Below are positions 47,579 to 58,298 of a stretch of DNA of 64,000 nt, one piece after another (position 1 is the first letter of the stretch; every line of letters begins with the position of its first letter). The position numbers and the translations under genes are program-made. This DNA comes from an uncultured bacterium. Lineage in GTDB: Bacteria; Chloroflexota; Dormibacteria; Aeolococcales; Aeolococcaceae. The DNA lies in the NCBI GenBank assembly GCA_963847225.1, contig CAWJYZ010000003.1, forward strand, positions 819,763 through 883,762, given 5' to 3'. The notes below the pieces were generated by a model that saw nothing but the letters and a program-made list of their open reading frames with translations, made no database searches and had not been told where the DNA came from.

Positions 47579-48541
47579 TCAAGGTCGCGAGCCGACAATG
47601 AGCTCGAGGGCGGCTCCGGCGACGGCTTCGAGGTCGTCGTCACGCTGCCGCAGCAGCCAGCGGACGCGGGAGTCGGCACGGAACCAGGTCCGCTGAGCCC
47701 TGGCGTAGCGGCGGGTGCGGCGGGCGATCTCCGCCGCCGCCTCCACCTCCCCCATCCTCCCGGCGATGACGCCGATCGCTTCGCGGTAGCCGATCCCCGA
47801 GGCCTCCAGCGCCGCCCGGGGCACCCCGCGGCGCAGCGCTTTCTCCGTCTCCGCGACAAGTCCGGCGTGCAGCATGGCCGCGGCCCGTTCCTCGATCCAT
47901 TGGCGATGGAGGACGGGTTCAGCGTCGAGTCCGATCACCGTGGCTGACACTCCCCCTGCCACCCGGCGGCGCCCGGCGGCGACGCCGCCGTGCTCCTCCA
48001 CCAGCTCCAGGGCCCGCACCACCCTGCGGGGGTTGCGCAGGTCGATAGCGGCGGCTCCCCGGGGGTCGCGGCGCTCAAGCTCGGCGGCGAGCTGGACCAA
48101 ACCGTGCGGAGTACGGGCGGCGGCGTTGAGAGCCGCCCGGCGCTCGGGGTCGGGAGCACTCCCGGAGAGGTCAAAACCATCGAGGAGGGAGCGCACATAC
48201 AGCCCCGTCCCCCCCACGAGGAAGGGGCGCACGGCGCGGTCGCCGAGCTGGTCCAGGCAGCGCCGCGCGGCGGCCAGCCAGTCGGCGACGGAGAACGGCT
48301 CCCCGGGGTCGGCGAGCTCGAGGAGATGGCAGGCGATGCCCCGGAGCTCCAGGGTGGAGGGCGCGTTGGTGCCGATCCGCAGCCCGCGCAGGACCTGGCG
48401 GGAGTTGGCGTTGAGGAGCTCGGTGGATCCAAGGCGTTCGGCGAGGAGCACGGCGAGCGCCGTTTTCCCGGTCGCGGTGGGTCCCACCACGGCGATAAGC
48501 GGCGGCGCGGCGGGCGCTGGCCCCTCGACCCGAGACGACAT
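47579..48541 (-). CDS. miaA: tRNA dimethylallyltransferase
   Basis: GPTATGKT, VGGTGLY, RRVVRALE, IGY.E and YARAQRTWF. Confidence 0.93.
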   Translation of the reverse strand: MSSRVEGPAPAAPPLIAVVGPTATGKTALAVLLAERLGSTELLNANSRQVLRGLRIGTNAPSTLELRGIACHLLELADPGEPFSVADWLAAARRCLDQLGDRAVRPFLVGGTGLYVRSLLDGFDLSGSAPDPERRAALNAAARTPHGLVQLAAELERRDPRGAAAIDLRNPRRVVRALELVEEHGGVAAGRRRVAGGVSATVIGLDAEPVLHRQWIEERAAAMLHAGLVAETEKALRRGVPRAALEASGIGYREAIGVIAGRMGEVEAAAEIARRTRRYARAQRTWFRADSRVRWLLRQRDDDLEAVAGAALELIVGSRP

Positions 48542-48561
48542 GGGGTCGGAAGCGGGGCGGC

Positions 48562-50355
48562 TCAGACCGCCGGGCGACCGAATGCTCGGCGCATGGAGGC
48601 GTCGTCGAGGACCACCACGGTGGGCCGGCCGTGGGGACAGGTGAGCCCACCCGGGGTGACGGTGAGGCGCTCGAGGAGGCGGCCCTGCTCCGGCGAGCTG
48701 AGGCGGTCGCCGAGGCGGATGGCGGCGTGGCAGGCGGTGAGGGCGGCGAGACGGTGGCCTCGGGCGCGCTCGTCGCCGCCCTCGCCGAGGGCGTCAAGGA
48801 TCTCCCGGATGAGGCGTTCCGGGTCGCGGGGGGCGGCCGCGGCGGGAACCGCCCGGCAGCGGACCAGTCCCGGGCCGAAGGCCTCGATCTCGAGGCCCAT
48901 GGCGTTCAGGAGGTCGCGGCTCGCGATGGCCCGCTCCAGGCCGGCGGGGCCCACGCTCACCACAGTCTCGAGGAGGAGCGGCTGGCTGACCACCGGCCGG
49001 TCCACGGCGCCGACGGCGGCGAGGAGCTCGACGTAAAGGACCTTCTCGTGAGCGGCGTGGGGATCGACGAGGCACAGCCCGCGGGTGGAGTTGGCCACCA
49101 GCCAGCCGTCGGCGGACTGGGCGAGGGGGCGGAGCGGCGCCAGCTCGGTCAGCCGGCTCGCCGCCCTGAAGGCTCCCTCCCCCTCGCCGAGCACCAGCTC
49201 CGCATTGAGCCGCGTCTCCTCCCCGAAGAGGGGCGGGAAGCCGGGGCCAGCGGCACCCGCCCTTCCGCCCCCGCCAAGAGCGGCCGAGAAGGCGGGCAGA
49301 AGCCGGGCGGGTGGGGCGGTGAGATGGGAGCCCTGGAGCGCCGTCCAGCAGGCCCGCTGGAGGGCGACGAAGACCCGCCCCTCGTGGCGCAGCCGGATCT
49401 CGCGCTTGGTGGGATGGACGTTGACATCCACGATGGCTGGATCGAGGTCCAGGGTGACCACCCCAAAGGGATGGCGTCCCGGGGGGAGCAACCCGGTGTA
49501 GGCCTCCTCGATGGCGGTGACCAGGGCGCGGTTCCAGACGCGCCGGCCGTTGACAACGACGACGAGGCCGGCCCGGGTGGCCCGGTGCGCGCGTGGCTCG
49601 CTGATCAGCCCGGCGAAGCCGAACTCTCCGGTAGCCGCCACCTCCATCAGCTCCGCGGCCTCTCGTCCGTACACGGCACGGGCGGCGTCCCGGAGCGTCC
49701 CCCCGGGGGTGCGCAGGGCGAGCCGGACCCCGCTCCGGCAGGTGAAAGCCACCTCCGGTCGGCTGAGGGCGAGGTCGGAGACGGCCCGGAGACAGGCCGC
49801 CGCCTCGCTGGCCTGGGCCCGGAGGAAGGCGAGCCGCGCCGGCGTGTTCTGGAAGAGATCGCGCACCAGGGCGGTGGTGCCGGGAGCGCGCGCGGCCAGG
49901 CGGTGATCGAGGGTCTCCCCACCCCGGCAGTGGAGGCGCCAGGCAGCCTCAGCGCCGGCGACGCGGGAGACGATGAGGAGATCGCTGACCGCAGCGATGC
50001 TGGCCAGGGCCTCGCCCCGAAACCCGAGGCTGCGCACCCTAGCGAGATCCTCGATCGAATCCACCTTCGACGTCGCGTGCGAGGCCACCGCCAGGGGGAG
50101 CTGATCGCCGGGGATGCCGCAGCCGTCGTCGCTCACCGCGATGCGCACCAGGCCGCCGCCCTCGATGTCCACCTCCACCCTGCGGGCCCCGGCGTCGAGG
50201 GCGTTCTCGCAGAGTTCCTTCACCGCCGCGGCGGGGCGCTCCACCACCTCCCCGGCGGCGATGGCGTCCGCGACCCCGGGTGGGAGGAGGCGGATGGCCC
50301 GCGGCGAAGGGACGAGCGCGGAGGGCGGCGGTGCGCCCGAGCTGACGGCGCTCAC
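48562..50355 (-). CDS. mutL: DNA mismatch repair endonuclease MutL
   Basis: IAAGEVVERP, GFRGEAL, DVNVHPTK, DPHAAHEK and CPHGRP. Confidence 0.95.
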   Translation of the reverse strand: MSAVSSGAPPPSALVPSPRAIRLLPPGVADAIAAGEVVERPAAAVKELCENALDAGARRVEVDIEGGGLVRIAVSDDGCGIPGDQLPLAVASHATSKVDSIEDLARVRSLGFRGEALASIAAVSDLLIVSRVAGAEAAWRLHCRGGETLDHRLAARAPGTTALVRDLFQNTPARLAFLRAQASEAAACLRAVSDLALSRPEVAFTCRSGVRLALRTPGGTLRDAARAVYGREAAELMEVAATGEFGFAGLISEPRAHRATRAGLVVVVNGRRVWNRALVTAIEEAYTGLLPPGRHPFGVVTLDLDPAIVDVNVHPTKREIRLRHEGRVFVALQRACWTALQGSHLTAPPARLLPAFSAALGGGGRAGAAGPGFPPLFGEETRLNAELVLGEGEGAFRAASRLTELAPLRPLAQSADGWLVANSTRGLCLVDPHAAHEKVLYVELLAAVGAVDRPVVSQPLLLETVVSVGPAGLERAIASRDLLNAMGLEIEAFGPGLVRCRAVPAAAAPRDPERLIREILDALGEGGDERARGHRLAALTACHAAIRLGDRLSSPEQGRLLERLTVTPGGLTCPHGRPTVVVLDDASMRRAFGRPAV

Positions 50356-52993
50356 CGCGCCACCCACTCCTGCAGCTCGGCGAGCTTGCTGAGCGCCTCG
50401 CGGGGGGTGAGGCCGTCGAGATCGAGCTGGGCGAGCTCGTGGAGCACCGGATGGCCGGTGGATGGCGCGGGGAGACCGAGGTCGAGCTGGGCCGGGGCGG
50501 GGTGGTCGGTCTCCAGGGGGCGGCGCCGCTCCAGCTCGCCGAGGACCTCGCGCGCCCGGGCCAGGACGCCGGCGGGAAGGCCCGCAAGGCGGGCGACCTG
50601 GATGCCGTAGGAGCGGTCGGCACCGCCGGGGCGAATGCGGTGGAGGAAGATGACGCTCTCCCCCTCCTCCACCACCTCGACGCGAGCGTTGACAACCCGG
50701 GGGAGGCGACCGGCGAGCGCGGTGAGCTCGTGGTAGTGGGTGGCGAAGAGGGTCCGGCTGTTGAGGTGGGGGAGTTGTGGAGGTGCTCGACGAGGGCCTG
50801 GGCGATGGCCAGCCCGTCGTACGTCGACGTACCCCGGCCGATCTCGTCCAGAACCACCAGGGAACGCGCCGTTGCCTGGCGCAGGATCGCGGCAGTTTCG
50901 GCCATCTCCACCATGAACGTCGAAAGGCCGGCGGAGAGATCGTCGTGGGCGCCCACGCGGGTGAAGATGCGGTCTGAGACGCCGATGCGGGCTCGCGCCG
51001 CCGGCACGAAGCTGCCCACCTGAGCGAGCAGCGTGATGAGCGCGACCTGGCGCAGGTACGTCGATTTCCCGGCCATGTTGGGCCCGGTGAGGATGACGAC
51101 GCGCTGGGCGGCGTCGAGCGTCGTGTCGTTGGCGACGAACCGTCCCGGGCCGAGGCTGCGTTCCACGAGAGGATGGCGGCCGCCCTCGATGTCGGTGACC
51201 GTGGAGCGGTCGACCTCGGGCTCGCACCAACCCTCCTCGTCGCCGACCGTGGCCAGTGATTGGGCCACGTCAGCGATGGCCGCGGCTCGAGCCGCGGCAA
51301 GGAGCGGCGCGGCCTGGGCGGTCACCTGCGCCGCCAGCTGGCTGAGAATCTCCGCCTCGCGGGCCAGGGCCCGATCCCTGGCGCTGAGCACGACGGTCTC
51401 TCGGTCCTTGAGCTCCGGAGTGACATATCGCTCGGCTCCGGCGAGGGTCTGCTTGCGGACATAGCTGGCCGGAACCACGGCGCGCTGGGCGTGGGGAACC
51501 TCGAGGTAGTAGCCGAAGACACGGTTGTAGCCGACCCTGAGGCCGCGAATGCCGGTGCGCTCCCGCTCCGCCGCCTCCAGTCCGGCGATGAAGTCACGGG
51601 CCTCGCTGGCCGAGCTGTGCAGGGCATCGAGCTCGGGATCGGCGCCGGGGCGCACGAAGCCCCCCTCGCGGGAGCTCGCGGGCGGAGCGTCGACGAGCAT
51701 GGCGGCGAGGCCTTCACCGACCTGAGGGGGCGGGGTCACGTGGTCGGCGAGGCTGCCCAGCTCGCCGGGAAGGCCGTCGACGAGAACGGCGAGGGCGGGC
51801 AGGGCCCGGCAACTGTCACGGACGGCGCCGAGGTCGCGGGGGGTGGCCAGCCCCTGGGCGGCTCGCCCGACGAGCCGCTCGAGGTCGCGGATCTCCTGCA
51901 GGCGGCGGCGCAGCTCTTCGCGGCGGGGCCGGTCGGAGGCCAGGGCGGCGACGGACGCGAGCCGCGCGGCGATCGCCTCGGGATCGAGAAGCGGCTCCTG
52001 GAGGCGGCGACGCAGGAGGCGGGCGCCCATGCTCGTCCGGGTCCGATCGAGGAGCCCGGCGAGGCTCGGCCCACTCCCCAGCGGCATGACGAGCTCGAGG
52101 TTGCGTCGCGTCGGGGGGTCGAGAACCATCGTCTCCCCCACCCGGCGGGGGGTGACCTGGAGAAGGCCGGGCTGCAACGCGACGCGGGCCCGCTCGCAGT
52201 AGGCGAGGACCGCCCCGGTGGCGGCCAGGGCAGCTCCCATTCCCTCGATCCCGAGCCCGGCGAGGGTGACCGTCCCGGTCGCCGCCTGGAGCCGCTCGGC
52301 GGCGCGGCGGGGGTCGAAGAGGCTCGGGGTGAGCCGGGTGCGGCTGGCCGTGGGGGCGGCGCCCTCGGGCAGGGATGCGCCCTCGGCGAGGAGTAGCTCG
52401 GCGACGTCCAGGCGCTCCAATTCATCGCGCACTCCCGCGCTCTCCGCGGCCCCGGCGACCTCCGTCATGAGGAGCTCGCCGCTCGCGACCTCGAGGGCGG
52501 CGATCCCCGTGTGCCCGTCCGCCGCATGAAGGGCGACGAGCCGGGCCACCCGGGTCGCCTCGAGGAGGTCGGCGTCGACCGCCGTCCCCGGGCTCAGCAC
52601 CCGGGTCACCTCGCGGCGCACCAGCCTGCCCGCCACCACCTCGCCGACCTGGTCCCAGAGCACGACCCGGCGACCCGCATCGAGAAGCCGCCGGAGGTAC
52701 TGGGCGGCGGCATGGTGGGGAACCCCGCACATGGGAAGCCGGCCGCCGCCGCCGAAGCCGCGGCCGGTGAGGGTCACCTCGAGAATGGGAGCGGCGACCT
52801 CCGCATCCTCACCGAAGAGCTCATAGAAGTCGCCAAGACGGGCCAGCACGAGGGCGTCGGGATGGCTCGCCTTCACCCTACGGTACTCGCGGAGGATGGG
52901 GGTATCGCCGGCCTCGTCGAGGTCGATGGTGGCCCGGGCTGGGCGTACCTCGGCGACGAGATGGGGGGGTATGGCCCGCGCCCGGGGGCTCAT
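50352..52993 (-). CDS. mutS: DNA mismatch repair protein MutS (1-bp frameshift at G5 run 50768-50772)
   Basis: GDFYELF, TGPNMAGKST and DEIGRGT; FATHYHELT and SYGIQVA in the shifted frame. Confidence 0.93.
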
Positions 52994-53036
52994 CGCCCTG
53001 AAGGCCCGCGACCCGCCGCCAGCGGGGGTACGGTGA

Positions 53037-54416
53037 TCACGCCGCGGCGTCCAGGCTCAGCTGCCAGGCGGTGGCATCGGCGACCAGGCCGCGGCGCAGG
53101 TCCCCTACCCGGGCGCTCGCCGGCGGCAAGAGCGCGATCTTCCCCTGACGAGTGCGGCCAAAGGGGCGCCCGTCCTCCGCGGTGCCCTCGACGAGCACCT
53201 CGACCTCGTGGCCGACGAGCGACCGGTTACGTGCGAGAGCGATATGACGCTGCAGCTCGAGGAGGTGGTTGAGGCGCCGCTTCTTCTCGCTCAGGGGAAC
53301 GTCGTCGGGACGGCGCGCCGCCGCCGTCCCGGGGCGCACCGAGTAGGCCTGGAGATGCACGGTGTCATAGCCCACCGTGCGCAGCAGCCTCTCCGTGCCG
53401 CGGAACTCGTCCTCGGTCTCTCCGGAGAAGCCGACGATGATGTCGGTGGTGAGTGCGAGGCCGGGGACGGTGCGGTGGGCGGCCTCGATCTTGGCCAGGT
53501 ACTCGTCGACGCTGTAGACGCGACGCATGCGCCGGAGGAGCCCGTCATCCCCCGCCTGCACGGGAAGATGGAGCTGCTCGCAGACCGTCTCCAGGTCGCG
53601 CATGGCCTCGAAGAGCCGGGGCACGGCGTTGCGCGGGTGGGAGGTGAGAAAGCGCAGGCGCCACAGCCCGGGGACCGCGTCGACGGCGGCCAGCAACTCG
53701 GGGAGCCCCGCGCCGCTCGCCGGATCCCGGTAGGAGTTGACGTTCTGGCCGAGGAGGGTGACCTCGCGAACGCCCCGCTCGACGAGGCGGTGCACCTCGT
53801 CCACGATGTTCGCGATGGGGCGGCTGGTCTCCCGTCCCCGGACGAAAGGCACGATGCAGTACGTGCACATCTCATTGCAGCCGCCCATCACCGAGACGTA
53901 GGCGAGGAGACGGTCGGAGGCCGGGAGGGGGAGCGGGCCGTCGAGGTCGGGAGCGTGCGCCGATTGCAGCCGTGCGAAGAAGCCGTCGCAGTCGCGGACA
54001 TCGAAGAGGTAATCGAGGTCGGGGAGCTTGGCGAGGAGGGCGCTGCCGTGCTCTACCGCCATACAGCCGGTCATGGCGATGGCCCGGCCCGGGCGTTCCC
54101 GTTTCCACTCGGTGAGCTCGCGGAACTTCCCGTAGACCTTCTGCTCCGCGTTCTGGCGAACGGCGCAGGTGATGAGGACGCAGATGTCCGCGTCCGGCAG
54201 AGAGCTGTCGGCGACGAACCCGATCTCCGCGAAGCGCTCGGCGAGCATCTCGTGGTCGGCGTCGTTCATCTGACAGCCGATGTGCCAGAGGTGGGCCCGC
54301 GGCGGGCGGCCCAGCACCGGGACGATGGGCTGCCGCTGGACCGGCCGCTCAGCCAGGGGGAGGGCCCGGAATCCGCGGGCCGAAGGGCTGAGCGCGAGCG
54401 GCGTGGGCATGGGCAC
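53037..54416 (-). CDS. miaB: tRNA methylthiotransferase MiaB
   Basis: GCQMN, TCAVRQNAE, CNEMCTYC and TRAM domain. Confidence 0.92.
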   Translation of the reverse strand: MPMPTPLALSPSARGFRALPLAERPVQRQPIVPVLGRPPRAHLWHIGCQMNDADHEMLAERFAEIGFVADSSLPDADICVLITCAVRQNAEQKVYGKFRELTEWKRERPGRAIAMTGCMAVEHGSALLAKLPDLDYLFDVRDCDGFFARLQSAHAPDLDGPLPLPASDRLLAYVSVMGGCNEMCTYCIVPFVRGRETSRPIANIVDEVHRLVERGVREVTLLGQNVNSYRDPASGAGLPELLAAVDAVPGLWRLRFLTSHPRNAVPRLFEAMRDLETVCEQLHLPVQAGDDGLLRRMRRVYSVDEYLAKIEAAHRTVPGLALTTDIIVGFSGETEDEFRGTERLLRTVGYDTVHLQAYSVRPGTAAARRPDDVPLSEKKRRLNHLLELQRHIALARNRSLVGHEVEVLVEGTAEDGRPFGRTRQGKIALLPPASARVGDLRRGLVADATAWQLSLDAAA

Positions 54417-54478
54417 CCACAGGGTACCGGCTGCTCGCGGCGGCCGCGAGGTGAGGGCCGCCGGAGGCAGAATGGGGC

Positions 54479-54628
54479 GTGGTTCAGGTGATCGCCGTCA
54501 TCCTGGTCATCGTGGTGTTCGGGGCCGTCGTGGCCTGGCAGGTTCGCGAGGATGTGCGCCGGCGCCGGCGCGACGGAGAGGACCTGGAGGCCCTGGACTG
54601 GCGGAACCGCTGGTTCCGGGGCCACTGA
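54479..54628 (+). CDS. 49-aa single-pass membrane protein
   Basis: MVQVIAVILVIVVFGAVVAWQVREDVRRRRR...; strong GC3 bias; fills the miaB-spoVS gap. Confidence 0.6.
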   Translation: MVQVIAVILVIVVFGAVVAWQVREDVRRRRRDGEDLEALDWRNRWFRGH

Positions 54629-54676
54629 GCCCGGGCGGACGCGTCGTCGCCCGCGACCGGGCCGGCGCGGATGGCT

Positions 54677-54937
54677 CTACCGCGATTCGACCAGAAGGCG
54701 GATGCCTGTCCTCTCCTCGCCGTCGATGGAGATGTCGATGAAGGAGGGGATGCAGACCAGGTCGATCCCGCCCGGGGCCACGTAGCCCCGGGAGATCGCG
54801 ATCGCCTTGACCGCCTGGTTGATCGCGCCAGCCCCGATGGCCTGCACCTCGACCCTCTGCTGGCTGCGTATGACCCCCGCGATCGCTCCGGCGACGGACA
54901 CCGGCTTGCTGGTTGCCGAGACTTTGAGGACTTCCAC
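54677..54937 (-). CDS. spoVS: SpoVS family protein
   Basis: EVLKVS..S.P.SVAGAIA and AIGAGAINQAVKAIAI. Confidence 0.95.
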   Translation of the reverse strand: MEVLKVSATSKPVSVAGAIAGVIRSQQRVEVQAIGAGAINQAVKAIAISRGYVAPGGIDLVCIPSFIDISIDGEERTGIRLLVESR

Positions 54938-55082
54938 GGATGGGATCTGACCTGTGTGGACGGTTGCTGGGTTCACTGGAACCCCGCAAGCATAGTCGTG
55001 GACCGCGATTCTCGCCCCGGCCGCCGCTCCCTGCTGCGATTCGTGATGCGATCGTTACGGCTGGAGCGGATGTGAGCGCCGC

Positions 55083-56615
55083 CTAGCGCGCGTACTCCAC
55101 GCTGCGGGTCTCCCGCACCACGACCACCTTGACCCGGCCCGGATAGCTGCCCTCGGCGTGGAGCCGCTTGGCGATCTCGCGGGCCATGATCTGGGCCCGG
55201 TCGTCGTCGACCGCCTCAGGCCGGACCATGACGTGCAGCTCCTTGCCGGCCTGGATGGCGAAGCTACGCTCGACTCCGGGGAGGCTGTCGGCGATCTGCT
55301 CGAGTCGCTCCAGTCGCTTCACGGAAGCGGCCAGAGGCTCGCGCCGGGCGCCCCGACGAGAGGCGCAGATGGCATCAGCGGTCATGAGCACGAAGGCGCC
55401 GATGGCCCGGGGCTCCTCGTCGTAATGATGGGCGCGCACCGCGTGCACCACCGCGCCGGGCCGTCCCAGCCGGGCGAGGATCTCGGCGCCGATCACCGCG
55501 TGGGAGCCGGCGACGTGCTGTTCGACCGCGTAGCCGATGTCGTGGAAGAGACCGGCCTCGCGGGCCTGCTCGACGTCGGCGCCGATCTCGGCGGCGATCA
55601 TGCCCGCAACGAGGGCCGTATCCCGACTGTGGGCCAGGACGTTGGCGCCATAGGCGCTGCGGTAGCGGAGGGTGCCGAGGAGCTTGGCCAGCTCGGGGTG
55701 GACGCCGGTGAGGCCGACCTCCTGACAGGCCGCCTCACCCTCCTCACGCAGCCGTTCCGCGAACTCGGAGCGGCTCCTGCTCACCACCTCCTCGATGCGC
55801 GCGGGGTGGATGCGTCCGTCGGCGAAGAGCCGCTCGAGGCTCAGACGGGCCACCTCCCGGCGCACCGGGTCAAATCCAGAGAGCACCACCGCCTCGGGGG
55901 TCTCGTCGACGATGACGTCGATGCCCGTCGCCGCCTCGAGGGCCCGGATGTTGCGCCCCTCGCGGCCGATGATGCGGCCCTTCAGGTCCTCGTTGGGAAG
56001 CTGGACCACGGTGATCGCCAACTCCCCGGTCTGCTCCGAGGCATGGCGCTGCATGGTCGTGATGAGAATCTCCCGGCTGCGATCCTCGGCGTCCTCGCGC
56101 ACCCGCTGCTCGGCGGCGCGGATTCGCTCCGCGACCTCGTGGTCAAGCTCTCCCTCCACCTCGCGCAGCAGCTCGACCTTCGCCTCGTCCTGGCTCATCC
56201 CGGCCACCCTCTCCAGCTCCTGCGCGACCTCTTCGCGCTCCCTCTCGATCTGCTGGCGCCGCTGCTCCAGCTCCTCCTCGCGGCGGCCCAGACGTAGCTC
56301 GCTCTGCTCCAGCTCCCGGTTGCGCCTTTCGATGGCCTCGTCGCGCTGGGCGAGACGCTGCTCGAGGCGGGCGACGTCAGCGCGCCGTTCGCGAACCTCC
56401 GCCTCAACCTCAGAGCGGAGACGGTGGGCCTCCTCGCGGGCGGTGAGGAGGGCGGAGGCCCGCTCCCGCTCGGCGGCGGAGCGCTCCTCGCGCCACCGCT
56501 CCTCCTCAGCGGATCGCGTGGCGGCACCCTGGGCGCGCAGCCGGTAGGCATAGATGAGTCCGGCCAGGGCGATGAGCACACCCAGCCCGAAGGCCACGTA
56601 GGCCAAGGTGTCGAT
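55083..56615 (-). CDS. rny: Ribonuclease Y
   Basis: N-terminal TM, coiled coil, KH domain (KGRIIGREGRNIR) and HD domain (HDIG); start codon uncertain. Confidence 0.95.
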   Translation of the reverse strand: MDTLAYVAFGLGVLIALAGLIYAYRLRAQGAATRSAEEERWREERSAAERERASALLTAREEAHRLRSEVEAEVRERRADVARLEQRLAQRDEAIERRNRELEQSELRLGRREEELEQRRQQIEREREEVAQELERVAGMSQDEAKVELLREVEGELDHEVAERIRAAEQRVREDAEDRSREILITTMQRHASEQTGELAITVVQLPNEDLKGRIIGREGRNIRALEAATGIDVIVDETPEAVVLSGFDPVRREVARLSLERLFADGRIHPARIEEVVSRSRSEFAERLREEGEAACQEVGLTGVHPELAKLLGTLRYRSAYGANVLAHSRDTALVAGMIAAEIGADVEQAREAGLFHDIGYAVEQHVAGSHAVIGAEILARLGRPGAVVHAVRAHHYDEEPRAIGAFVLMTADAICASRRGARREPLAASVKRLERLEQIADSLPGVERSFAIQAGKELHVMVRPEAVDDDRAQIMAREIAKRLHAEGSYPGRVKVVVVRETRSVEYAR

Positions 56616-56923
56616 GGGAGATGTCCTCGGGGTTGTCGGAGATGAGGTGAGGTGGCTGTCCACCTCGGGATGACGCCATCCCGGGGACGCAGGTCGCGGG
56701 TGGTGCGGGAGCCGCCCCCAACCGTGGCCCGACCGGCGGTACCGAAGGCGGTCCTCGGGGATGTGCCCGCATTGTATTCGCTCACGGGGAGCCACGGCTG
56801 GCGCTCTTGAACACTCGGCGGCACCGGGCACCGGGATAATCGGGGCTCGCGGCGGCAGAGCCTCGGCGCGGCCCGCGCAGGCCGGCCCGGTGACGCTCGG
56901 AGGCCGCGATCTGGAGGAGCCTG

Positions 56924-58213
56924 ATGACGCTGGGCCAGGGCGTGGAGGTGCGCAAGCCCGCCGCGGCGCCGCCGGGATGGCAGCGATCCCTCACCGCCCT
57001 CCTGGTCGGGACGGGGCTCATCCGTGTCGGTGCCGCGGGGGTGACGGTCGCGGTGCAATACGACCTCACCGACCTGTACCACCACCACCCCGCGGGTGTC
57101 GTGGTGGGCGCTGTGGGCGCCGCCCAGGCCATCACCGAGATGCTGCTGGCCCCGGTGATGGCCCGCTACGCCGACCGCGTCGGCCGCAAGCTCTTCATTG
57201 TCGGCGGACCGCTGGTGGGAGCGATCGCGGTGTTCCTCGTGGCCATCTCGGTGACTCCGCCGCAGCTCTTCGCCGCCCGGCTCCTGGAGGGCATCGGGGC
57301 GGCGGCCTTCGTTCCCACTGCCCTCGGCGCCATCGCCGCCGCCACCAGTGACGACACGCGGGCCCGGGCCAACGCCAGCGGGGCCTTCGACGCCGCCACC
57401 CTCGCCGGCTACGCGGGGGGTTTCGCCCTGGGGCCGTTCGCCTACCAGTTCTTCCACCATTGGGGATTCCTTTTTCTCGCCGCCGCCTACCTCCTGGCGG
57501 GGCTCGTGTGCCTCCGCTTCGTTCCGCGGGTCCCGCCGCTGCCGGTCACGCGCCTCAGCGTCCTGGTCGATTGGATCGCCGGTCCGGGGCCGATGCGCAC
57601 CTTCCTTCCCGCCTGGCTCGGCACGTTCGGGTTGATCGGAGCGTACGGTTCCAACCTGGCCTCGCTGCTCGGTCACCACCACGCGGCGGTGCACGGCCAG
57701 AACCTGGTCGGCCACCTCAGTCCCGGATTCGGGATCGCCAGCGTCCTCGTCGCCGGCATCCTCCTCCTCGTCATCGGCATCATCCTTTGGACGCCGTGGA
57801 TCACCCGATTGGGACCGGTGACCCAGATGCGGAGGGCGGTTCCCGGCGCCTGGGTCTTCTCGGCGGCCCTGCTCGCCGCCAATCACCTGCCGGCGATCGC
57901 CCTTGCCTTCCTCCTCCCCCTCGCCGCGTTCGGCATCGTGTGGCTGGCCGGCTTCGGACCGGCCGCCGTCGCCTTCCTCGCCAACTCCTCGGAGACCCAC
58001 GGGGCCGACCGCGCCGTCCTGATGTCCTTCTACACGGCCACCCTGGCCGCCGGCGGCGCGATGGGCGCCTTCCTGGGCGGCGTTGCGGTCAGCCTCGCCT
58101 CCCTGGACGGGCTCGTGGTCTTCGGGATCCTCCTGGCGCTGATGACCTTCGTCCTGTTGCGCCCGGTCCTCCGCTTCGAGAGGAGCGCGAAGGGGCTCGC
58201 TCCGGAGGGGTGA
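56924..58213 (+). CDS. MFS transporter
   Basis: ADRVGRK motif A; about 12 hydrophobic segments. Confidence 0.9.
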   Translation: MTLGQGVEVRKPAAAPPGWQRSLTALLVGTGLIRVGAAGVTVAVQYDLTDLYHHHPAGVVVGAVGAAQAITEMLLAPVMARYADRVGRKLFIVGGPLVGAIAVFLVAISVTPPQLFAARLLEGIGAAAFVPTALGAIAAATSDDTRARANASGAFDAATLAGYAGGFALGPFAYQFFHHWGFLFLAAAYLLAGLVCLRFVPRVPPLPVTRLSVLVDWIAGPGPMRTFLPAWLGTFGLIGAYGSNLASLLGHHHAAVHGQNLVGHLSPGFGIASVLVAGILLLVIGIILWTPWITRLGPVTQMRRAVPGAWVFSAALLAANHLPAIALAFLLPLAAFGIVWLAGFGPAAVAFLANSSETHGADRAVLMSFYTATLAAGGAMGAFLGGVAVSLASLDGLVVFGILLALMTFVLLRPVLRFERSAKGLAPEG

Positions 58214-58298
58214 GCCGGTGTCGTTATGTCGGCCGGGGTGTGCGTTTCTCCTTGCAGGGACGTCCCCGGGAGCAGGGAGCATCCTCAGGAGGATCGCC

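Noticed and set aside
50760-50780. mutS frameshift as a mutator or phase-variation switch
   Set aside because: One G is missing from a short run. Similar single-base indels affect the GNAT, MFS, ExeA and propeller genes, a pattern typical of long-read errors. Needs read-level proof.
54677-54937. spoVS as evidence of sporulation
   Set aside because: SpoVS is widespread in non-sporulating Terrabacteria and is commonly linked to rny.
56620-56775. 6S RNA upstream of rny
   Set aside because: The terminal segments are direct, not inverted, repeats; no long rod with a central bubble is evident.
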